Positions 7,804 to 13,441 of a DNA stretch of 26,977 bases are shown here, piece after piece. The notes beneath the pieces are model-generated. The model was not told where the DNA came from. It was given only the letters and a program-made list of their open reading frames with translations, and did not search any database. The position numbers and the translations under genes were made by a program. The stretch is taken from positions 1-26,977 of the IMG/VR virus record IMGVR_UViG_3300011337_000281; one strand, given 5' to 3'. The stretch is from a virus (taxonomy: Duplodnaviria > Caudoviricetes). The stretch's first letter is position 1. Every line of letters starts with the position of its first letter.

Positions 7804-7840
7804 ATGATGCTGAGGAAAGGGTTAGAAACCTCAGCAATAT
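7760..7840 (-). ncRNA. Two-hairpin 3'-UTR RNA with anti-RBS loops (candidate antisense sRNA)
   Basis: Hairpin A: 8-bp stem 7808-7836, loop UUUCUAACCCUUU. Hairpin B: 14-bp stem 7766-7803, loop UACCCUUUCG. Loops are complementary to the RBSs at 10691-10704 and 11708-11721. Confidence 0.65.
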
Positions 7841-8020
7841 CTAGTCAGCTAGTACAGACAGGGATACGTGGCACGGATCATTGCCTTCGTCCCACTCCTC
7901 TCTCTCCTCTTCAGTCATATATTCATAGTTGCCATCGTGTGTCATACAGTAAGGCCAACTTACCCACTTAGCTTTGACTCCTATGTTTAGCCAAAGATAA
8001 AAGAACTTACTCTTTGTCAT
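7841..8020 (-). CDS. Hypothetical protein (59 aa)
   Basis: MTKSKFFYLW...CMTHDG...EEEREEWDEGNDPC; TGATG coupling. Confidence 0.7.
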   Translation of the reverse strand: MTKSKFFYLWLNIGVKAKWVSWPYCMTHDGNYEYMTEEEREEWDEGNDPCHVSLSVLAD

Positions 8021-8436
8021 CAGTACCAGCCCCTTCTATTGCTATGTTGGAGACTACGGCAGAAACTTCCTCCGTAGCGGTGCTCAACATATCGCACAGC
8101 GTGGAGGATTTGGATAGCAGGTTCGCTACTTCTCTCTCTAAGGAGCTGAGCAATTCCGTAAGCACTGGATCGTTTGTTGTCTGCGAGGTGGTCAAGCCGG
8201 CTCTCACGGGTCCAAAGGGTGATAGCGCATTTGACCTGACTGTTGTTGTAACCGAGTGCGTTGAGGTAACTAATGATAAGTGCCTTGTTCTCACGCTTCT
8301 CCTCCATTGTTGCCTTCGTCCTCGCCTGCATCTGCGGGATCTCCAAAGGGTGGTGTGCCGTTCGCTCTGGTATGAGTACCAACACGAAGGTTAGCGAAGC
8401 CGTCAATACCAGTCCAATCTTTGCCCTCTTTCTCAT
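8020..8436 (-). CDS. Lysozyme-fold/lytic transglycosylase-like protein with N-terminal TM segment
   Basis: LWTRES (catalytic Glu), SSAYGIAQ, YVEHRYG, GWY end; N-terminal basic plus hydrophobic segment. Start at 8436 or 8457. Confidence 0.8.
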   Translation of the reverse strand: MRKRAKIGLVLTASLTFVLVLIPERTAHHPLEIPQMQARTKATMEEKRENKALIISYLNALGYNNSQVKCAITLWTRESRLDHLADNKRSSAYGIAQLLRERSSEPAIQILHAVRYVEHRYGGSFCRSLQHSNRRGWY

Positions 8437-8572
8437 CAAACTTCCTTTCAATCGCAAGCAGTTGCTTGTATGTGTCGGGATATAAATGAGACAAGCGGAT
8501 CAAAGCCCTGTCTCTAGCCTTACGATAGGTGCGGTAGGTAAGCACGCTCTTACTCTTTGTCGTTTGGTTCAT
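8291..8572 (-). CDS. Hypothetical protein (93 aa)
   Basis: RBS GGAGG; YRKARDRALIRLSHLYPDTY; its 3' half overlaps the transglycosylase gene. Confidence 0.65.
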   Translation of the reverse strand: MNQTTKSKSVLTYRTYRKARDRALIRLSHLYPDTYKQLLAIERKFDEKEGKDWTGIDGFANLRVGTHTRANGTPPFGDPADAGEDEGNNGGEA

Positions 8573-8645
8573 TGAGCTTATCCTCCCACACTATGAGAAC
8601 GTATGCTACCAGCATTACTAGTATCAGACCTAAGGCTAGGCTCAT
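8550..8645 (-). CDS. Small membrane peptide (31 aa)
   Basis: MSLALGLILVMLVAYVLIVWEDKLNE...; ATGA coupling. Confidence 0.6.
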   Translation of the reverse strand: MSLALGLILVMLVAYVLIVWEDKLNEPNDKE

Positions 8646-8884
8646 AGGCTGGCCGCCTTAATAATATCGGTGATGTCGAGGGGCTGACCTACTAGGTGAG
8701 CGTCCTCTTCGTCACTATCCCAGCCTGACACCAGTACACGTGAGCCAGTAGGGGCAAGGCTGAGCCACTGCATACAATGCTCAGGGTTCTCGCCTCCCCA
8801 TTCAGCCACGCCTTCGGCATCCACTACCTCATAGAGCAGGATAAGTGGAGACTTCTTTGGATGAAACGATATAACGTTACTCAT
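8642..8884 (-). CDS. Hypothetical protein (80 aa)
   Basis: RBS GGGAGAGG; part of the coupled operon. Confidence 0.75.
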   Translation of the reverse strand: MSNVISFHPKKSPLILLYEVVDAEGVAEWGGENPEHCMQWLSLAPTGSRVLVSGWDSDEEDAHLVGQPLDITDIIKAASL

Positions 8885-9056
8885 CAGCCTCTCCCTTTTT
8901 AGTTGTTAATAGATAAGGATTAGTGCGGTCAGCTCTTTCTTGCAGAGTTTCCTCCTCCACCTTAATCCATACGAACCCGTCTTGATGACGGGTAATCTGC
9001 CCTAATATATCGAACCATTCTTGATCTACCTCAGCAGTTATCACTCGCTTACTCAT
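8877..9056 (-). CDS. Hypothetical protein (59 aa)
   Basis: MSKRVITAEVDQEWFDILGQIT...; TAATG coupling. Confidence 0.7.
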   Translation of the reverse strand: MSKRVITAEVDQEWFDILGQITRHQDGFVWIKVEEETLQERADRTNPYLLTTKKGEADE

Positions 9057-9274
9057 TATTCTCCCTCATAACTATCATCACAAGCACAACAAGACTTGGA
9101 GTTATCGTTACAGAATGTGCAGATAGCCTCCTCCTCTAGCCCAAAGAGGCGAGACATAGCAGAGTTCGCCCGTTGTAGGTTCTTGATAGCTCGCGCTATC
9201 TCCTGCTCCTGTAAATCCTTCTCGGCTTGGTTAATGGACAGATCAAACTTAGCCTGTAAGTATTCTGCGTTCAC
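9056..9274 (-). CDS. Hypothetical protein (72 aa), Cys-rich tail
   Basis: RBS AGGAGGAG, GTGA coupling. Confidence 0.7.
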   Translation of the reverse strand: MNAEYLQAKFDLSINQAEKDLQEQEIARAIKNLQRANSAMSRLFGLEEEAICTFCNDNSKSCCACDDSYEGE

Positions 9275-9393
9275 TTGCTCTCCTCCTTTTTAGAATTAGC
9301 AACTGCTCTTTCATAATCTTTTTCATAATCTTTTGTATATCCTATGTAACTCTGCAGTATCTTGGCTTTAACTTCCCAGTATTCTTCGTTCAT
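9271..9393 (-). CDS. Hypothetical protein (40 aa)
   Basis: MNEEYWEVKAKIL...KDYEKDYE; RBS GGAGGAG, ATGA coupling. Confidence 0.6.
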   Translation of the reverse strand: MNEEYWEVKAKILQSYIGYTKDYEKDYERAVANSKKEESK

Positions 9394-9533
9394 TCTTCCA
9401 CTCCTCCTGATAGTAGTTGTCCTTCTTTGCTATATTCTGCGTCACAATTACCACAATATGTAATGCCACACCCACACTCATCTTCATCAATGTGTATGGA
9501 ACGTGCTTCTAAATCACAGGGTTTGCACTTCAT
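9390..9533 (-). CDS. Small Cys-rich protein (47 aa)
   Basis: MKCKPC...CGCG...CGNC; TGATG coupling. Confidence 0.65.
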   Translation of the reverse strand: MKCKPCDLEARSIHIDEDECGCGITYCGNCDAEYSKEGQLLSGGVEE

Positions 9534-9637
9534 CAGTTCTCCCCCTCTAACTCTTCTAGCGTGTCGAACTCAGGACTCAGCTCTTCAGCCTCGTCTTCAT
9601 AAAAATCGGGGTCATTTAGTGGTGGCTCGTATCCCAT
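9533..9637 (-). CDS. Very acidic small protein (34 aa)
   Basis: MGYEPPLNDPDFYEDEAEELSPEFDTLEELEGEN; TAATG coupling. Confidence 0.65.
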   Translation of the reverse strand: MGYEPPLNDPDFYEDEAEELSPEFDTLEELEGEN

Positions 9638-9855
9638 TATCTCACTCCATTCGCTAATTGTAGTATTGCTCCGAGTCTTTCGCCTACCTCGTCATCATTA
9701 TCCACATACTCGCCCTCTCCTGCGTGAGCAGGGAGCCATTTCTCTTTCTCAGTATCGTAGATAGTGCCGTCATCAAAGCGAACTGACTCGGTATCTGTAT
9801 CCCACTCCCAGCCATTCTCGTTGGTGTACTTGATTACAAAGATGTGTTCAATCAT
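9637..9855 (-). CDS. Acidic hypothetical protein (72 aa)
   Basis: MIEHIFVIKY...; RBS GGAGGG; start 9855 lies just after the upstream stop. Confidence 0.7.
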   Translation of the reverse strand: MIEHIFVIKYTNENGWEWDTDTESVRFDDGTIYDTEKEKWLPAHAGEGEYVDNDDEVGERLGAILQLANGVR

Positions 9856-9856
9856 C

Positions 9857-10024
9857 TTACATCCCTCCCTTGAAACATTCTTGCATTGTTCCCCAGCAGT
9901 ATCCAAAAAGATCCCCGCCCTCTCCTACATACCACAGGTGCGTTGACACCTGCCACAATCCCCACACGGCTAGCGCACTGGCTAATCCGATTACATACCA
10001 GCCAAGCTTGGTGATGTTTCTCAT
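9857..10024 (-). CDS. Small membrane protein (55 aa)
   Basis: MRNITKLGWYVIGLASALAVWGLW...GYCWGTMQEC; RBS GGAGGT, ATGA coupling. Confidence 0.7.
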   Translation of the reverse strand: MRNITKLGWYVIGLASALAVWGLWQVSTHLWYVGEGGDLFGYCWGTMQECFKGGM

Positions 10025-10560
10025 TCCTGTACCTCCGTGCTTATGTGTTGCATCTTTCTCCCACAAGCGCAGTTCATTTCAACTACACCATTAGGGAAGC
10101 CAAAGCCGTCTTTGGCAGTGAACTCCAACATTGAATCACATTCATCAGGGTCACAGATAAATGTGTATTTAGTTCCATTACCTTGTTCTTCTTCCTCCTC
10201 CTTGTACTTGCCGTCCTTGAATCCTTGAATCTCATCTTCTAGCCAGTTCTCAGCAATCTCTCTCCAGTTCACACGATAGAGAGAGCCAACATCTTTGAGC
10301 ATTGACTGAATGCCCTTAGGCATCCCGCCCATATCTTCCCAGTACTCGAAAGAGAGTAGGTCTTCTACCCAGTCCTTCAGTGATTCTTCTGCACTGGTAA
10401 CGCCGTCCTGCCACCCGTCCTCTTTCTCGTTGTCCATATCCTCCAAGAAGGAGGCGCTTATCTTTTCGCTTGCCTCTTCTTGCAGGCTTTGGTCGTTGTC
10501 AATATGCAACGAGGTCGCCCACGTTTCTCGGTTTGTCCAACCGTTATATTCTTCGCACAT
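10021..10560 (-). CDS. Acidic hypothetical protein (179 aa), YNGWTNRETW domain plus C-terminal Zn ribbon
   Basis: Start 10560 by TAATG coupling; CDPDEC...CACG tail after a poly-E linker. Confidence 0.8.
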   Translation of the reverse strand: MCEEYNGWTNRETWATSLHIDNDQSLQEEASEKISASFLEDMDNEKEDGWQDGVTSAEESLKDWVEDLLSFEYWEDMGGMPKGIQSMLKDVGSLYRVNWREIAENWLEDEIQGFKDGKYKEEEEEQGNGTKYTFICDPDECDSMLEFTAKDGFGFPNGVVEMNCACGRKMQHISTEVQE

Positions 10561-10691
10561 TATTTGCCCGCCTCTTCTTCTGTGGTTGCTAGCCATAAGC
10601 AACGCTCACCCTCGTACACATCTGCGGTAAGTTGCTGGATAGCCTGCAACCATTTCTCATCTACTACTAACTTAATTGTGTAACTCTTCAT
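10560..10691 (-). CDS. Hypothetical protein (43 aa)
   Basis: MKSYTIKLVVDEKWLQAIQQLT...AGK; RBS GAAAGGGTTAGAA-ATG. Confidence 0.75.
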   Translation of the reverse strand: MKSYTIKLVVDEKWLQAIQQLTADVYEGERCLWLATTEEEAGK

Positions 10692-10731
10692 TTCTAACCC
10701 TTTCAAGAGGTGAGACGTTCGCTCACTCTCT

Positions 10732-10780
10732 CGTGCTCCTACTAGGTCGTGAACCTTCGCCGACTGCTCGGTGTAGGAGC
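10732..10780 (-). ncRNA. tRNA-like three-way-junction element (no anticodon arm)
   Basis: 8-bp closing stem GCTCCTAC/GTAGGAGC enclosing CCGA-gcag-TCGG and a T-arm-like AGG-TTCACGA-CCT; intergenic. Confidence 0.6.
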
Positions 10781-10793
10781 GATTTTGATCAAC

Positions 10794-10901
10794 TTATGCG
10801 ACCTCCCTCTCGCACGTATCGCAGACGTTCTGCCCCTCGTGGTAATTCTTGGCGCATATATCGCACCCATTTTGGCAGTCTCCTGCGTGAATTGTGGTCA
10901 T
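10794..10901 (-). CDS. Small Cys-rich protein (35 aa)
   Basis: MTTIHAGDCQNGCDIC...CDTC; RBS AAGGAGG, TGATG coupling. Confidence 0.65.
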   Translation of the reverse strand: MTTIHAGDCQNGCDICAKNYHEGQNVCDTCEREVA

Positions 10902-11053
10902 CAGTTGCCCTCCTTGTCTCTGTACCTAACGATAGTGTTAAGCGTTGTGTGGATTTCACACTTACACCCCTCCCCGCCCATATTCTCATCAAACTCTAGG
11001 TGAGAGTAGTTATCCTCGTGTATCTCATTTATCAACTGCTCTAACGTGTCCAT
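10901..11053 (-). CDS. Hypothetical protein (50 aa)
   Basis: MDTLEQLINEIHEDNYSHLEF...CKCEIH; RBS GAAGGAG. Confidence 0.7.
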   Translation of the reverse strand: MDTLEQLINEIHEDNYSHLEFDENMGGEGCKCEIHTTLNTIVRYRDKEGN

Positions 11054-11064
11054 TATGCTCTCCT

Positions 11065-11481
11065 TCAGTAGTTATTCTTATAGAAGTTGAGAGCCCAGTC
11101 ATATACCGCGCCCTCGGTCAGTGGTACTTGGTCTATATCGGTGAAGTATTCAATCTCAATCTCGCCCGATTCCACATCCTCGGTAATCTTCACGCCGTCA
11201 TTGTTGCCCCCCGATACATCCTCCAAGAAGAGAGACATAATCCGGAAGCGATTAGGAGCAGACTCGGCGAATATGAATGGGTTGCTCTCGCCCATATCCT
11301 CGGCCTCTTCCAAGGCCTCCCGCACTGCCTCGGTCAGTGCCAGCGCCTGCTCGTTGCGAGCTTGGAGCACTTCTAGGATGTTTGAGCCGTTGCAACATAC
11401 GCACTCATTCTCACAGTGATAGGAATCCTTCTCCTCATCATAATATGTTGAGCACTTGCAATCCTCACACATTGAAGCCAT
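11065..11481 (-). CDS. Acidic hypothetical protein with N-terminal Cys cluster (138 aa)
   Basis: TAATG coupling; CEDCKC...CENECVCC. Confidence 0.75.
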   Translation of the reverse strand: MASMCEDCKCSTYYDEEKDSYHCENECVCCNGSNILEVLQARNEQALALTEAVREALEEAEDMGESNPFIFAESAPNRFRIMSLFLEDVSGGNNDGVKITEDVESGEIEIEYFTDIDQVPLTEGAVYDWALNFYKNNY

Positions 11482-11708
11482 TATTTGCCCGCCTTTGCGT
11501 TGTATCGCTTAACACACGTGGCACATTCTTGTCCTGTTAGCGCCTCCCATTGTGTCGGGATGTTGTTACCGTCGTGATTAATCCGCCCACAATATGATGT
11601 TCCCTTAATCGTGATGTGCTTGCTATAAGAGTTCACCCTAATAATCGCCACGTCCTCAATTTGAAGACCTAGCGCTTGCGCCATCTCTTCCCTTGTAATT
11701 GTCTGCAT
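11481..11708 (-). CDS. Hypothetical Zn-binding protein (75 aa)
   Basis: H...YCG...CATC; RBS GAAAGGGTTAGAA-ATG. Confidence 0.75.
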   Translation of the reverse strand: MQTITREEMAQALGLQIEDVAIIRVNSYSKHITIKGTSYCGRINHDGNNIPTQWEALTGQECATCVKRYNAKAGK

Positions 11709-11728
11709 TTCTAACCCTTTCGCTCTCT

Positions 11729-11778
11729 GACCTCGTCAGCAACCGCTTTACGGTTGGACGCCTCTCGGCGTTTCGGTC
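11729..11778 (-). ncRNA. Type II hammerhead ribozyme
   Basis: GACC-GAA-ACGCC(GAGA)GGCGU-C^-CAACCG(UAAAG)CGGUUG-CUGACGA-GGUC: full catalytic core with three perfect stems. Predicted cleavage between 11757 and 11756. Confidence 0.95.
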
Positions 11779-11996
11779 TAGTTTACTTCGATGTCTTGCG
11801 CCGTGCCGTGCTCTCTGATTACATCCTCCAACTTATCGAGGCCGTCTAGGTCATCATCTGCCCACATCAGTCCCTCGGCTAGCGCCTTCTTCTTCAGTTC
11901 TTCTTCTGTGATGATAAACAGGGTCTGCCCTGTTGTGCTCTCGGTGTCAATCGTCCACCAGTCGCCGTTCTCGTTTGCCACGTAGTAGGTGCTCAT
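11778..11996 (-). CDS. Acidic hypothetical protein (72 aa)
   Basis: MSTYYVANENGDWW...; start 11996 by TAATG coupling. Confidence 0.75.
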   Translation of the reverse strand: MSTYYVANENGDWWTIDTESTTGQTLFIITEEELKKKALAEGLMWADDDLDGLDKLEDVIREHGTAQDIEVN

Positions 11997-12163
11997 TACT
12001 TCACCCCGCAAGCGACCAAGAAGCGGGCGCGGTCAAAGCGTGGGTTATCTGATTCCAAGGCCTCGGCCATATTATCGGCCAAAACCTCCAAGGCGTACGA
12101 GTCAATTACCTCGTCGAGATTCTTGATTACATCTGCTAGCAGTACATAGTCCTTGCGTGTCAT
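11996..12163 (-). CDS. Phage hypothetical protein (55 aa)
   Basis: MTRKDYVLLAD...DNPRFDRARFLVACG, a pattern I recognise from small phage early proteins. Confidence 0.8.
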   Translation of the reverse strand: MTRKDYVLLADVIKNLDEVIDSYALEVLADNMAEALESDNPRFDRARFLVACGVK

Positions 12164-12164
12164 C

Positions 12165-12356
12165 TTAGTTGCTTCCCTTCAGTGATTCGATAGCGGCTGC
12201 AAAACCCTTGATTTCATAGACGTCGTAGATTTTGTTGAATAGTTCAGTGCCTAGTTCTGAGTCAATTTCGCCGAGGTGAATAAGGTCTAATCCTGCGAAA
12301 TCCTGATACACTTTGAAGTTCTTGCCTTTGTAACTTACGATTGCTTCAGGGTACAT
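12165..12356 (-). CDS. Hypothetical protein (63 aa), first gene of the leftward operon
   Basis: RBS GAGGAG; directly downstream of the promoter. Confidence 0.75.
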   Translation of the reverse strand: MYPEAIVSYKGKNFKVYQDFAGLDLIHLGEIDSELGTELFNKIYDVYEIKGFAAAIESLKGSN

Positions 12357-12406
12357 TTTCTTTGCTCCTCTTAGGTTAATTCAATCAACGATTGATTGAT
12401 ATACGT

Positions 12407-12435
12407 ATATTAAGGCCTAAGGCCACAGAACACAA
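12407..12435 (-). promoter_or_regulatory. SigA/sigma70-type promoter of the leftward operon
   Basis: TTGTGT (12435-12430) - 17 nt - TAATAT (12412-12407). Predicted TSS about 12400 is followed at once by the hairpin TCAATCAA-tcg-TTGATTGA. Confidence 0.7.
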
Positions 12436-12705
12436 GTCCAAACAAGCACATTTTGATAACAGTTTGGTAACAGTATCCTGAGAACTAACTGAGAACTATT
12501 GTCTCTTTGTCTACAATTCTAAGAGGTTAAAGTAGTTGAACTTTCAACCAGTTGGCGGGTGAGATGTTACTGGCTAGTAACTTAGGCAGATTGAACTGGC
12601 TAGACATATGGGCGCACAATGTCCAAGGGTAAAGGGTTACTTAATAGTTGGACAAAAGGCGGGTTAATGTAAAGGCGTGCCGAAGGTACTGCCAGCCCCC
12701 CGATT

Positions 12706-12759
12706 CTATCCAAACTTATCCACAGGCTTTATCCACAGGGGGGCAGGGGGTGGGGATAA
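12706..12759. promoter_or_regulatory. DnaA-box cluster
   Basis: TTATCCACA perfect at 12716-12724 and 12729-12737; inverted 1-mismatch box at 12751-12759; 2-mismatch box at 12706-12714. Confidence 0.85.
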
Positions 12760-12896
12760 CCTCCGCCAGCGCAGAACGCCTACCCCCCGTTGGTGATTTT
12801 AGTAGGGGGTAGTACTGTGTACCGTCACAAAATATATTTCCTAAAGTGAGATCGCTGAATATAGCTTTGACCTGCGGTTATATTATGTAATAGTAG

Positions 12897-12912
12897 TGTG
12901 ACGTACTTCACA
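12897..12912. promoter_or_regulatory. CRP/GlxR-family binding site
   Basis: Perfect TGTGA-N6-TCACA. Confidence 0.7.
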
Positions 12913-13276
12913 TCCGTAAAACGAGAAACCCAGTCCATTTCCTGCCTTATATATAGTAGGGGAGTAAAACGGGGAGAGTATGTTTTACGACCCTTGGTTG
13001 GCCTCTAGCGAGGCCCCTAGGCCGAGTTAAGTATTACCCCTCAGTTCGCTGTGGCTCCCTCGGGCGCTAAGCCCGAACTGCCCAGTATTTTTAGTGGGGA
13101 TTAGTGTATCTAAAAGATACACGTCCAAACAAAGATTCAGAACACTAGTACCTAGTAGTTCTAAACTTTGTTGGTAGCTCTGTCTCTAGTAGGAAAATCA
13201 CATCCGACCTAGTAAAGGAATCTCTGATTCCGGCCAAGGCCACCGCGCCTTGTATAAGAAATGAGCATCCGCGCCG

Positions 13277-13441
13277 ATGAGACGTAACTATACAGAAGAA
13301 GAAATCTATCTTCAGATGACTTCTAATAGAAAATTCTGGAACCAGTACAAAGCGCAGCGAGAACCCCGTCGCTTAGAAATGCGCCGCAAGATCGCGGCAG
13401 CAATTCTAGTAGAAGAGATGAGACGGGCAAACAATGGCTGA
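13277..13441 (+). CDS. Basic hypothetical protein (54 aa)
   Basis: MRRNYTEEEIYLQ...; overlaps the terminase start by 8 nt; no clear RBS. Confidence 0.5.
   Translation: MRRNYTEEEIYLQMTSNRKFWNQYKAQREPRRLEMRRKIAAAILVEEMRRANNG

Noticed and set aside
7841-7900. Dedicated promoter for the two-hairpin RNA
   Set aside because: No convincing TANNNT at a suitable distance on the minus strand; 3'-UTR origin is more parsimonious.
10732-10780. A genuine tRNA gene
   Set aside because: Under 50 nt, with no anticodon arm and no CCA; kept only as a tRNA-like element.
10789-10992. 67-aa minus-strand ORF from the track
   Set aside because: Two coupled ORFs with good RBSs (10901-11053 and 10794-10901) tile the region better.
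8014-11985. Plus-strand ORFs in the track (8014, 8273, 9096, 9427, 10310, 10676, 10945, 11087 and others)
   Set aside because: Antisense shadows of a tightly packed, RBS-bearing, translationally coupled minus-strand operon.
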